Assembly (NCBI GenBank): GCA_904063045.1
Contig: CAJFCJ010000019.1
Span: 2,610,684-2,674,683 of the forward strand
Source: Dimorphilus gyrociliatus
Lineage: Eukaryota; Animalia; Annelida
Direction: 5' to 3'
DNA length: 64,000 bases
In this document: positions 27,740 through 40,919 of the stretch, in pieces
How positions within the stretch are numbered: the first letter of the stretch is position 1
Layout: every line of letters starts with the position of its first letter
Made by a program: the position numbers and the translations under genes
Notes under the pieces: model-generated
The model's database searches: none
Told to the model about the DNA's origin: nothing
What the model saw: only the letters and a program-made list of their open reading frames with translations

Positions 27740-28230
27740 AATGATAATAATAAATATAGTATATATATTATATTAACATCTTTACGTATATATATATATA
27801 TAAAATATAATGTTAATATGACATATATATATATATATATAAATGTATATATATATAATGTATATATTTCATATAAAATGTAAGAAGTGTATAGTAAACT
27901 TGTAGTATGCTCTATTTATAACAAATAGATTGCGTATATATTTAATAAAAAGTTATATATATATATATATATATATATACTGTATATATATATATTTATA
28001 TGTACGCACATCTTTACTTGTATACAGGTAAAATACATATTAATACGTATACTGTATATATTTATATATACAATATACGCATATATAAATACATATATAT
28101 ACATATATATATATATAGTATATATATGTATATATATATACAGTATATATATGTATATATATATACAGTATATATATAAATGTATACATACTGTATATAC
28201 TTACTGTTTATACATATACAATATACACTA
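27740..28230. repeat. Degenerate (TA)n / TATAC low-complexity tract
   Basis: Near-pure A/T alternation. Similar tracts at ~8200-8840, 10290-10380, 14790-14890 and 16100-16410. Confidence 0.9.
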
Positions 28231-29071
28231 GACTCCTTAAGTAAACATTGCATACAAATGGAATGTAAGCATAAATATATTTCAATTTTTTCAAATTTTA
28301 CCAACTTGCGTAATTGGACTGGAGTACCGCAATCAGAAAATGTTCGAAAGATGAGCTGAAATGCTCTCAAATACCGCTCGCTAGTGGTAAATTATGCATG
28401 CTGCCAGTATCATTTGTTAGTTTGTCGGGTTTGCACAGGGCTTGTTTAGTTTTTATTAGGGTAACAAGCATCTTCTGTTCCTTCCTCTCTAATCCTCTTC
28501 TCTTTCTGCCTCTCTATCAATCTAAATATAGGTTTTTTCTATGAATACATTTTCATCCCTTCATATTGCCAACTTAATACCCTTTCAATACTAAGTTTAA
28601 TGATATTCGTTATCGATTACGAGATTTATTAATTTATAAATGACAAAAATCCAAGAAGAGATTAATCTCCAACGGATCGGTCCTAATTAGTAAGGAAAAC
28701 TAGGCACTAGATGAAGTCACGAATATTTCTATAATATTCTCATTGGACAATTTTCACTTTATTTAGGCAACATTCTTCAGTTTATCACTCGGAATTTTAT
28801 CCATTTTCATTGGCAAGGCTGAAAACGAAGCATGAAAATCATCAACTCTATTATACATGAGGTATCCGTTCGTGAGCCCTATTATGCGTAATTTTTCTAA
28901 GGTTTCCTTGAAATACTTGATATTCAGCTGGTAAATGTTTGCAACTAAAGCTATTAAAAACTCGTAGATTATTTTAAAGGAAGATAAATGAGTCAAAGGA
29001 GTAAAACAATTGACTGTTAAAGGTCATATGGTTATCCATTTTGGGTATATTATTTAAAAAAGAATAAGAAG

Positions 29072-29107
<36 letters not shown>

Positions 29108-30089
29108 AGAGATTAGAATCTTTCAAAAGAAACTAAACCCTATAAGGAAAGGACAATAGAATATATCATATAAACTGGATCTGGTTTAGTTTATTGGCCT
29201 GTCAGATCAACGGGATTTACAAAACAATGAACTGAATTTTATGCAGGCTAATGTTTCCTCTATTTTTGTTTACATATTATAAATTTTTGCTATATCAAAA
29301 TCTATATCAATATAAATACATTAATTGACAAAGATATTAGCCTATTAGATATAGCAAATTCACTATAATATTTCCAAGAAATTGCAACAATTGCAATAAA
29401 ATAACTACCATTTTTTTTTAATAATTAGGAATTGTAGTAGTAATCCTTCTTCAAGTAAAGAATGAAGAACTTGCAGAGTTCTGCTAATAATGACGTACTT
29501 CAGCGAAAATTTTGTAAATGACGAGCTAAATACCCGGAAAAGAAATTTAACAACTAATAATTACAAATTATGCTAGCTCACTCGTTTTCTTCTTCTATTG
29601 TTCGTCTTTATTTTAGAAACGATTTACTTCCTAATACGCTATAAATTGGTTGTATATGACGTAGTACAATATATAGTAAACAAGCATTTGTATATCTATT
29701 TTTTTGTGTACACGCCTACACGCGCAGTAAGTTAGTTCTTCCTTTTCGAAGATAAAACGAAAAATTGATTAATTTCGAGTCATCTTCAAAGGTCTTGGAA
29801 ATCCTAGAGATTGAGTAAACCTAATTCAACCTTATATTATCGTTTTTAAATTATTTAATGAACGAATTACTTTGTAATTAAAATAAGATTGCAAGTTCAA
29901 GGAAATATTTATCTCTCTTTAGTTTCTTTTGTTTTCAGCACGCCGAGAAGTGATTACTCTCTATATCAGAAGAATCAAAATTACTTAAACCAATTGTCAC
30001 ACGAGTAGTGTTTTTCTTATTAAAAGATAAGGCAAGAAACACAATATACGATAAAGGACAGATATTAAAAAGTTCGTGATGAATATTCA

Positions 30090-32456
30090 TTAGGAGGCGA
30101 ATATGCCTTTAATTTGTACTGCAAAACAAAATGGAATATTAGACAAAATGAAAACATATTGCGTGATTAGAAAATATTATACATACCAGACATATCAGAG
30201 AATCCGCTGTCTTTTAAGGCACTTATTAATCTACTTGGAGTCGCTTCGGATCCTTTCGATTTCTTCCATGTATATAAAGCTTCCAATGTTTTATCCTGTT
30301 TAGAGAATGATCGTTAAGTTTCATTTTATACTATTAGGGCTTAATATTAATTTATCTGCTCTTTATCCTTTAGCATATGTGCCCTTTCACCTTTCTTTTT
30401 ATATAAAAGTCAACTTTGAGAAAGAATTACAAAGCAGTTGCTTATTAAAAATTGTGCAATACCTTATTAGTTCCATTCTTATTATACTTGTCTTCAATGC
30501 AATTAAGGTCATTGTCTGTGAGAGTTAATTTTCTAGATAAAATTTTCCATTCCTCATTGATGAGAGCATTAGTTACAATTTTGGTGAAGGCTTTATTGAT
30601 TTTCTTGTCTGAATAATTTGAAAGTAAATTGAAGCCTTAAAGAAATATAAATGAACTACCGAAAATCTCGGAAGCAGATGAAGGTTTGCTTTCTTCTTCA
30701 TTAAAAACCCCGCAATTCCGTTGAAAAATCTTATCTGCGAGGTCATCCCGTCCCCCTTCAAACAATGCCCAGTACAAGATATTTACTTTATCAGCAGACC
30801 TATTTGTGCCTTTAAACCATCTGACTAGCATATCCTTGATGATGTTACCATCGGTCTTAGAATTTGACATTAATTCCATATCTTGTATTCTAGCGTTACT
30901 TATTCCCAATTTAAGGGCTACTAACCTCCATTCGTCACCTAATTCTTTAGCTATTTCATCGAATAGCTCTTCGTTAAGAATTCCAAACGACGCCATTTTG
31001 TAAGGAGCTTTCTTAATTCGCTCTAAATTCCTCTCCTCCTTTGGAAGTGATACTACAAGCTCTGTAAGTAATTTGCGTTCGAATTCGATCTCTCCTTTTT
31101 CTGTTTCTTCTTCCTTCTTCTTTATTTGCTTTTGATCCTTTTTTTTCTTAGGATCTTCTTCCAGCTGAGCAGGTACAATTTCGAACAATTGAACATGTCC
31201 CCTATACAAATCTAATCCATGTTGAGCAAATTTATCGACAACTCGTACTTGTACGTCGGATGAAGACGTGTTTACATGAGAATTATATATAAGGGGAACA
31301 CATTCTTCAGTTCCTTTGACGTTTCCCCTAAACCTCACCTCCAAACATTGACCCTCTTTAATAACAATATCATCACTAGGAGACGGTCCGTTAGTAAACC
31401 CTTTTTGCTTGAGGCGCTGAACATTGACAATAAAAAACAAAGCTGTATTACATGCTTCATAAACTATCTTTGGGCTAATATAATTAACTAATTATAAATA
31501 TAAGAATGGAATACAATTGTGTATCGGCTAATTAACTTCCATACATTCATGTAAATTGAATGGCTTAGTAATATATGAAATAAATATATTAGTATATGGA
31601 GTATACTAACTAAGAGCACGTCATCCATTTTATCAGCGCGACAACATTCTAAGAAGGCTTCTGTTTCTGTAGAATTTTGCTTTAGAATAAATTTAACTGT
31701 TTTTCTTGAAAGGCTTCTTTGCAATCCATTGGCGATATTTGGGACTTGAGTAGCAGTTATGTTTGATTTTACTCGAATTAATAGAAGTTTATATTCTCTG
31801 TAGGAGAAGTTTTAAGATAAATCTGAGGAAGCTTTGAAAGTGTCTTAATTAAGAATTTAGTTACTGGACACTGTAATCCAAGTTGATTGAATACAAATCA
31901 CCATCAATGGTAGACGACAAATCAGATGCTAAAAACCATTTGTCTTTGGAATTCTGATAAAGTAAATAAACATTTCCCTCCTCCTCTTGATCACCATCTG
32001 CGACGAAATACAATTATTGGTAATAGAAATACTCTAACGCAATACAGAGTAGGAAATATGTCACCTTTTTTAGCTTGGTAAGAATTCCCAACAGTTGGAA
32101 GACCACTACTTTTTTGAGAATCTTTTTTCACACCAGCACATTGCATAGTAACGGAGCTTTTGGGAAAAGGTACAGAGCCATATGTCTTTAAGCATACCTT
32201 AGGACTGCATCCCAGCAAAGAGTCTAATTCCTTGGGATACCTAGCCTTTGCTTCGCCAACTGTAGTACTATCGATCGGCTGAACCTGTTTTAAACCACTA
32301 GCTTAAGTGCAACGAGTAATATATAGGCTAAAAATAGATGCTGACAAAAATATATTTCATATGTACATAATATTTGCTGCCTATGATTTAGTATTTATAA
32401 AATAATAAAATATCTATACTGTATAGCATACATGCTTACATTACTCCTATATTCGA

Positions 32457-32488
<32 letters not shown>

Positions 32489-35400
32489 AATATATCGTAT
32501 ATTGATATACATACACCTATATGCAGTAGAGTTGATACTACGCATATGAATTATGTATTTCATATATTTTTCCTTTAGGAAAGTGCGCTCATAAATTTAC
32601 TGATTCACTTCCGAAAGTAATTTTTACAAAAGAAAAATGTCGTGGGGTGTAAACTATATCTCTCTTTTAAGTAGTTGGAATCACTCTAAATATAAAGGAA
32701 AAAAAACTATATAACTATTTTTTATAGATGAATTCCTTTATTTCACAGTATATAGGCTTCTATTACTCAACCAATCTTATAAATTGTATTATCAGATTTC
32801 TATCTGAAATCCATAAATGTACAGACCTGCTAGTTGTTGATCTTTATGAAAAATCGTTACTAACTACCTGAGTATTCGAAAAAACAAAACAAACAGTATT
32901 TATATTCTGCATTGGTGCATTGATAATTATCAGGGGTCACTCAGAGAATGCAGCGAGATTTAATCAATCAACAAGTGTTTTAAAAACGATGGTTCATATG
33001 GTAAACTCTCTTTTGCAGATGAATAGTGTTTTAGTCTGGATGAGTTAGATAATTTTATAATCTGGCAGTTCCATAACATAGTAAAAAACTACAGAAAGAA
33101 GACTCGGGGGATTCAAAGAGTGATGGGAATGGGTTTTGTTCTGATAAAGATGCTGCTTTAAGTAAGGTATCCTAAAAATATACGCGATATATTTTATTAA
33201 TTTCCCCAAAATAAAAAAGAAAAAAAAACTTGAAAGAAACGCTTTTATTTAAATTAGGCAAAGTACAAAAGCGTTTCTCATTTTTATACCGAGTAAAACA
33301 AAAGATTTATTCTATGATAAAGAAAAAAAGAAACTGTTTTAGAGCATAAAAGATGTTTTAGTTTGATCTTAACGCAATAGAAATTTTTTTTTTTTGGTAA
33401 TTGCTTAAAAGTAAGTAAAAGTATTATAATCTTAAGCAATAATCTATAATAAAAGATGATTGATTATTTTAAGATTTATTTGTAATAATAGATCTAAATA
33501 TAGAAACTTAAATTATATATTACTGTATATACTACGTATACTGTATAAAGTATTAAGTAAAAACTTAAATTGTATCAAATTGTTAATCATTTTACTGTGT
33601 AAACTTATCAGGGAAGTAATAATCAAACTTTCAACTCCAACTTGTATATTGTACTGTCATATATACAATATAATTTAAAGGTTTGTTTAAATGTAATTAT
33701 CATTATTATATGCATAAGACTAGAGTGCATATTGGTGTAATATTTAAGATATTGTGCATCGTACATAGCTTCATTCCATCAAATGTAAAAGCCTTTTATA
33801 CAATTTGTTAAATGACAACTAAAGCTTAAATGACATAATATGCTTCTGCAAATAGTAAAGCATTGCGATTATTTCATACAAGGGGTTTAAATAGATGTTT
33901 GGGTGTAAATATCATTAAATAATTTAATAAAAGGAATATAGTTGTCACAGTTTCGATATTATAGGCAATCGTTTTTAGATTCCAATATCTTAAGTTCTAA
34001 TATAGCTATGGACATTATTCATTATTAATGTATATGTACCTGCAATAATTGCGGATAATATCTGCTGATTTTGAGATATTCAATTGCTTTACTCGAGTAA
34101 AGTGGTAACTATGTAAATGATTTGTTTAGTACGTAAGAAGTGTATTGATACTACTTCTCTTATTGGTAGAGTCAATTTGGTAATGCCTAAAGTCGTTTAA
34201 TCCTTTTAGCTAATCAGAGAAAAGGTCACGTGATCATCGACCTTAAAGCAAACAGTTTCCGCTCACCTGTAGAGATAGTTCCGTAGCCAATCTTAACGAT
34301 CGTTTTGGAATGGTTAACGATACTCTGCTGTCAATAGTGGATACGAGTTTTCCTCCTTTGTTGTTAAAGGTTTCCTTTTCTTTTTTGAATCTTGATACAA
34401 CACATAAGGTCAAGTCGCGAACTTCATCGAAAAGAGCATCGGCAAATCGAATTTCCTTTTAATGGAATGGAAGAAAAAAAAACATTTTTTTGGGCGGTAA
34501 AAGAAAACCCGAAGGTACTTTATTATAAAAGGATGATAAAATAGGATAAAGTCACCTTATATTCGGGGTAGATGATGTCTCGAGTCAGTAAATCCTTATA
34601 GGGGCTTGTATTGAGGACCTTAATTACAAACTCTCTCGCCGGAAGCGCTCTTGGCAAGCTGAGTGGAATAGCTATAGCTATAGGCTTCTGGGTGTAACAT
34701 ACATTTTGCTTATTAACGAAATTATAAACTTTGTTTTTGTACTTTTGATTTATCTTACAGAAAATTTAACAGGTTCATCCCCATCGCAGTACACCCGAAT
34801 TACATTACTGACAATTTCTTCATCACAAGATAGAGGATATTTCCTGGAAGCTTCAGGAAACATTTCACCTTTTATTTGTCCATCGCTGTAGGCGCCATCT
34901 TGCGCGCGAATCATACAAACAAGACCACTGTTTATTATCTTATCGTCTCCTTCAATTCTGAATACAAGTGACAGATTCACAGTATTATTGCATACGATTT
35001 TGGTTATTATTGATTATATAATTGACTAGATATTGCTTACTTAAACATAGGCCAACTAACTGGATCTAACTTCTTTCTTCTCTCCTCCTCTTCCTTCTTC
35101 TTTTCTTCCAAGCGCTTCCGTTCCTCTTCTAAACGCCTTTCCTCTTCCTCCTTTCTAAAAACAGAGCGGAATTTTGCTAATAAACTGTACTATTTTTAAA
35201 TTATTTGAAAAAACTCACTGACGCTTCTCCTCTTCCTCTCTTTTCTCTCTTTCCTCTTCTTCCAATCGTTGTTTTTCTTCATCTTCTTCGTTGTTGTCAT
35301 CCGTTTTTGAATTCTCCACAGTATTTTCAGCTTTTTCAGCCTCATTTTTTACTTTGGTCAATTTCTCTTCCATATCGATTACTTTTTGTTCATATTCGGC

Positions 35401-36289
35401 AGCCAATTGTTGAACTTGGGCAAGTTCTTCAGCCACTTCAGCTAATCTTTTAGTGCTCTTAGCTTTTTTAACAGCCACTTCCGTTTCCTCAACGGTGGTT
35501 TCTTCAGCTGAAAAAAAAACGGAAGAAAATTGAAAGAAGAGGGCAACACTAGCTACTTCTATTAAAGGAAATCGCTAACGATTCAAACAGGTATACTACT
35601 ACTATAAATGATATAACAAAAGCAGCCATTCGATTACCATTTGATTGATCAATAAATCTCTTTAGGGTAGTATCTATTCAATATTGATTTGCTTAAAAAA
35701 ATGAACTGCCCAAGTTATTAAATTAATACCAATACCGTTCAATCATTTCCTTCTTATTTTTTAATTTTATCAATAGTTAACCAGTTGACTATTGTTAGAT
35801 ATTATTTATAAGAAAGTTCTAAATACTGAATGAAACTATACCTTGTGAATTGTCTGTCTTGACTTTTGCTATTAAATTCTGTAATGTGCCATTGATGTCA
35901 TCGACAAAATTTTGATTTTCCGACAATTTTGATTGATAAGCAATTGCTTTTTTCAATTCCCTTTTCAGCCTTTTGACTTTTCTCTTTACCTCTGCTGAGT
36001 CTTCGGCTATTTCTTCACCATTTTTAGACTCAATTGTATTTTTCAGAGCTTCGTATTCCTTTGTTAGACACTCAATAATTGTAAACATGCTTTGAGACTC
36101 ATCAACTGTAATTTCAAAGTCTTCATCCTCCTCGTTCTCAACTTGTTCTTCGTCATTCTCCGCTTGTTTCGTTTCTTCTTCAGTGTTCTCTTGGGTTTCA
36201 GTTACCTCCTCCTCTGCAGTATGGTTTTCAACAACACCTGATTCTTCAGTTACCTCCTCCTCTTGCACCGGTGATTGTCGATTGGACAT
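30090..36289 (-). CDS. DTHD1-like protein: acidic coiled-coil N-terminus, ZU5 x2, UPA, two Death domains
   Basis: In-phase exon chain from MSNRQSP (36289) through KPIAIAIP..REFVIK, KGGKLVSTIDSRVSLTIP|VQPIDS, KGFTNGPSPSDDIVIKEGQCLEVRFRGNV (UPA-like), Death 1 (ELGDEWRLVALKLGIS..DMLVRW..GRDDLADKI) and Death 2 (EEWKILSRKL..EALYTWKKSKGSEAT..LISAL) to the stop at 30090. Confidence 0.85.
32579..33811 (+). CDS. Candidate antisense gene nested in the 2-kb DTHD1-like intron (32285-34266)
   Basis: Five AG/GT-bounded segments (32579-32616, 32796-32855, 32934-33000, 33095-33166, 33719-33811) join in one open frame. Start exon not identified and no family recognised. Confidence 0.35.
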
Positions 36290-37970
36290 TTTTTGAAATA
36301 TCCTTAAAAAATATATAAATATGTATGTAAGAGATATCTGTTTATTATTTGGTTGCTGTAGGGAACCGCTGGCGGCCTCTAGCATGAAAGTAGCTACAAC
36401 GGACTCATTTATTACAATATGTCTTATTCAAAAAGGCAATACGTTTACGGAGATACTATAATCGAATTATATAACCAATATCGCTAGACTCTTTTGGGAT
36501 GAAATGATACAAGAGGGTGAGAAGAAAATAAGAAAATAAGAAAATAAGGAAACAAGAAGAGAATATATAAAGAGAAAAATTATGAAAAAAGTATCAAGTA
36601 AAAGGTCACGAAAGATATGGAAAATAACTAATAACTAAAACGGGACCAGAACAAAAGTAGAAAGGGGAATAACTGTTGAAGAAAAGGAGAAGAGCAAGAA
36701 AATTGAGGTATGTAAGTTATTAGAATGTTATTTCTGGTTGGTTGAGAAATTTAAGACGTTTCGTTTTCAACAGGACCGAATTTTTTTTAGATCTCTTCAT
36801 TAAAAACACACGACACGAAACAGCAGCGAAATCGATTCAGTGTATTCGTGAACTCGCTAATCTAACCGTTTTCTCTACTCTCATCTAGTTTAGGTGATTG
36901 GTAGATTGGCTGTTGCTGACTGAAGAATGTTTCCTATGCTGACAAAAGGTACTCAGCTACGCAGCTTTGACTGATAAAACAACCTGCTCAGTATTATTTC
37001 CTGTATTGTAAATACTTTATTGAATTGAAAGCAAAATAAACAAGTAACTTCTAAGTATAAAATTTCGGAATGACTATGAATGTTATATCAGTAATATACA
37101 ATGTAATTTAATTCATACTTAGGTATATTAAAACTAATATTTATATAGCGTATCTCATACGTTATAGACGTTTTATTTTCAAGCCTAGAAGCAAGTAGAG
37201 GTAAAATTCACATCTTTAGAGTTAATGACGAGAAATGTTCCATCTGCTCCTATATTGATCAAGAGTAAACTAGAACAATAACATATACAGTATTAAAGTA
37301 AGGAAACGAAATAGGAAAATGAGATAATTTACGATTTATAAAATATATAATAAGAACATTCCACGATGTTATAAATATAATCTAGCAATTCTAGTTAATC
37401 GTTGAGTAGTTAATGATAAAGTAGTCATCTTTAACGCAACCTTTTTTAACGTGACCAGATCGTATTTGATGCTATTCGAATGAAGTCCCTTAGAAATTAA
37501 TGAAAAATAACTGCGTGACTATGATTATTCCTTTTCTGTTTCTTTTTTTGGCTATAATTTTTTGTATCGATAAATACAGTATATAACTATGCAGGTAAAA
37601 TACATATATAGCTATATTAATAGATATAAATATAATTTATAAATATATATTTATATATGAAATATATTTCTTCGAATTCAGATTAAGAAGCCGGATATTC
37701 TGATTGAGTAAATTGCGCTCCGCCATAAAATTTATTTATATTGTTTACACCGATATAGCGTATAAGAACTAGATATGTCTGCTATGTTTTCGAGATATAA
37801 AATAAATAAGACATATTTACTGTTCATACGCTACTGCAAACATTATACTGTACATTGTAAAATATACTATGTTTTTTACTGTCAACAGTAAAAATTTTTT
37901 GCCATTCTCTTTCATTTATTATTTGTTCTCATTTTTCCCTTCTTATCGTTTTCTTCTCTCGTCCTTGTTG

Positions 37971-38796
37971 TCAGGATCTATTTTGCAATTTCCTCCGTCT
38001 CATCATTACAACAAACAGGCAGACGGATGAAGAGAGAACAATTAACGGCCAGAGCAGACCGTGAACAACGTGAGATAGCTGAAACCTTCTACGTCTAATC
38101 ACTTGCGAAGAATTTTTAGGATTGTATAGGCATTTATAAGTAGAACCTTTCGTACCATACTTGTTGACATATTCCAGAACGTCTTTTTTATTTCTTTCTT
38201 TTGAACTCCGGCATGGTGGAAAATACGTGCACTGTTTAAGAATAAATTAAATTTAGCCTTTGAAAGGCAGTATCCTTATTTGAATAATATATATTGTTAA
38301 TATTCTTTTAAATAGATGTACAAATGAAAATTCTAGAAAAGTTATTAAATGATTTACAATAAGTTCTATTATATAGATACAAAAGCTTCACCTTCTCGCC
38401 CAATTCGCTTTCATCCTGCGCGAGGACCGATGAATTTGTAACAGAATTTTTTACTTTAATAACGACACATGGAAAGGTACTAGCACACTCTTTTCCACAA
38501 GAACAGCGCTGTTCACCTCTATAGGTAGGACTCTCAGCTGGTGAACAAGTAGTCGTGTAAAAGGAAGCGCTTATTGAGAAAGGATGAACAATCAAAGCTG
38601 CCACTATTGCTAATGCTGTAAGACTAGCTGCAGTTGAGGCTGCGAGTATCGTATAAATGCAAATATGCAGAATTTTATTGTTGGTTACATATCGAAATCG
38701 CCAAGGTTTCGCCCACATAAAATGTTCCTCGTCATCGTCGCATTCCGCATCGTTGGGACAATGCAAAACCACAGCTTCGATTTCATCATCGTCCAT
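37971..38796 (-). CDS. BK (Slo1) channel beta-subunit-like protein, isoform A (exon 38392-38796 plus exon 37971-38231)
   Basis: TM1, loop CSCGKECASTFPC..|CTYFPPC..YGTKGSTYKCLYNP, TM2 HGLLWP. This is the two-TM Cys-loop KCNMB-type architecture. Confidence 0.88.
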
Positions 38797-39419
38797 CGTC
38801 GCCTTTTCGTTATATGAGCGCTTGAGAAAGGCAGGCGTCTCTGGTGACGCTTATATGCGTCTCTGACGGCGGCTAATGGCTAATAGACACGCTACACAGT
38901 CGGGTAATATGGGGATTACACTCGCTTTCCCCTTTTCTTTCACTCATATATTTTGCCTTTATGAAAGGCCGGAATAAAGAGACTCAATGACACTTGCGCA
39001 CGTTCGTGTCATAATCTTGTACACTAAAAAGATCTTATAAATTCTTAACCCAATTAACTAAGACAGGAGTTCAGATTTTTCTTTTTAAAAGTTAATAGCG
39101 CGATGGAAAATCGATGAGTAGAATAATCATATATGCAAAGAAACTGAAAATGCTATTTAATTCTCCACCCACGTTCTGTAAAAATGTATTCGACCTATCT
39201 GCGTATAAATACCGTCTAATTGGTGTTACAAAGGTTAGACGAGTTGTGCCATCTTGCGTCCAATTTTTAAATTTTTCACTGTTTGTATTTTAGAGCGTAA
39301 CCTAAGAATCTTAATGTTGTCGTTATTTCCCCCCATCAACAAAATTATACGACGTATTAGAAAAAATTAATAAAAGACGCTTATTTCGTAAACGTTTATT
39401 TACTTTGCAATATACTGAC

Positions 39420-39944
39420 CTCCTTATTAAGAATAGACTCATTTTCCTTTATTCTTACTAAATGATCTCTCAGCTCTTGATCTTTATATCGTACTGTAAC
39501 AATCAAGCAGGGGTAGACTGACGAGCAGGACTTTCCACATGTACACTTTCTATCTTGCGACACGTACTCCGTTGAAGTACATTGTGTCTTAATAAATGAG
39601 GAAGCCTTTCGCCAAGGCTCAACCAAAAGGACACCAATAACAGCTAAAGAGATCGCTGACCCAATAGCCAACAACGTTAACCATAAGTATAATGTTACAG
39701 TGCATAACTTTGTTTTTTCGCAACAAGAAAATAGAAATACATCACCATCTTCATCCTCATCGGTAGATTGGGATAAGCGCTTCATTAGGAATGCGGGCTG
39801 TGGAACGGTTAGAAGATCTTTGTAACCCTCGCTAGTGTTTATCGCTGTTCTGCCAGTTTCTTTGTCATCTTCATCCTCACTAGAATAGTTAAATAAGGGC
39901 GGTGGAGTGATAGTTACTGGTGGAATACGAGATGTAGATGCCAT
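39420..39944 (-). CDS. Second BK-beta-like first exon (isoform B), apparently spliced to the shared exon 37971-38231
   Basis: TM1 plus CTCGKSCSSVYPC, ending in a phase-0 donor (AATAAGGAG|GTCAGT) at the homologous position. No private second exon found between 38800 and 39419. Confidence 0.8.
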
Positions 39945-40919
39945 GAAAGGATGCGAAATGTAATTGCGCAGGTTTCTTATAGTAGAATTATTGATAAAAT
40001 TAATACCAGTTTTATCACCTTGGACGTTTCTAGATAAAACTTTCGATTACTCTATTCCCTTTGAATAAAAGGGAGATAAAGCGAAGAGACACAATGAGAG
40101 AAATTGAAAAAGAGAGGCCTGTGAGAGACAGAGAGGAAGACCGAGACACTTTATAATTGTTTTTCAACTTGTAGATTATGAAGAGTCAGATAAAAAAAGA
40201 TGACGCTCTGCCTAGTTGTTATGTCAGGTTGTCTGTAAAATTATGATTTTTTTCTTTTTTATTCAAATCATTGCGACTAGTTCTTATATCATGCAATCTG
40301 TGTTCATTTACTTAATGCAGTAGATGCCTGTACTTGCTCGTATTTAATTATTTTATAGCCTTTTCATGTATATAAAAAAATAAATAATTGCTTTGAATTA
40401 GTACAGTTCAACTTTAGCCGCTTAATCCTATAAAGAAAATGTACTATTTTATCCGGATGAGCATTACTTAATTTGGCTATTTAATGAATTTTTCTACACA
40501 ACTTTCAAGATTTTACATATGCGATAAGTAAAATAAGTATAAAAAAAGAGAAACAACGTTACCAACGGGAAGTAAGCGGGAAGCGGAAGTACTATATTCG
40601 TCAATTACACCCGATCACACTGCGCACTTTTTTTTAATAAAAGTAAAATATGCGAGAGAGGACAAAAAAGTAGACGCCTCAAGAGACGTCGTCCATCAAG
40701 CGACAAAAATTCGTTTCGACCGTTTGTCGCGAGAAATATGCCTTGATAATTTATTTTCTAGCTCTTTTCTCGGCGGAGACACTCCCCCTACCGGAATTTG
40801 CAGTAAGTTTTTTCAAACATAATCATCTACAGGATATTTACGACTATATGCAGACGTCTAAATAATCCTAAATTTTTGTCCTAAATTTAACTAGCCATGT
40901 CTTTATTGTAGATTCTTCT

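Noticed and set aside
27261-28370. ORF-track entries rich in YIYI/ICIY (also 7699-8031, 16078-16483, 25880-26146, 62175-62363)
   Set aside because: These are translations of (TA)n low-complexity DNA, not proteins.
28300-29000. Minus-strand coding-like patches (ERYLRAFQLIFRTFSDCG..; ORF 28763-28996)
   Set aside because: Could not be joined in phase or tied to neighbouring genes.
30635-30660. Apparent 24-nt intron in the DTHD1-like gene
   Set aside because: Too short. The next AG gives a normal 51-nt intron in the same phase.
36880-36990. Possible snoRNA or miRNA-like segment
   Set aside because: No convincing C/D or H/ACA boxes with terminal stem, and no match to miRNAs I recognise.
40700-40730. 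Hairpin GCGACAAA..TTTGTCGC downstream of the ChAT stop (also GTCTCAAA-CGA-TTTGAGAC at ~51319)
   Set aside because: 8-bp stems are expected by chance in 64 kb. No SECIS, miRNA or terminator features.
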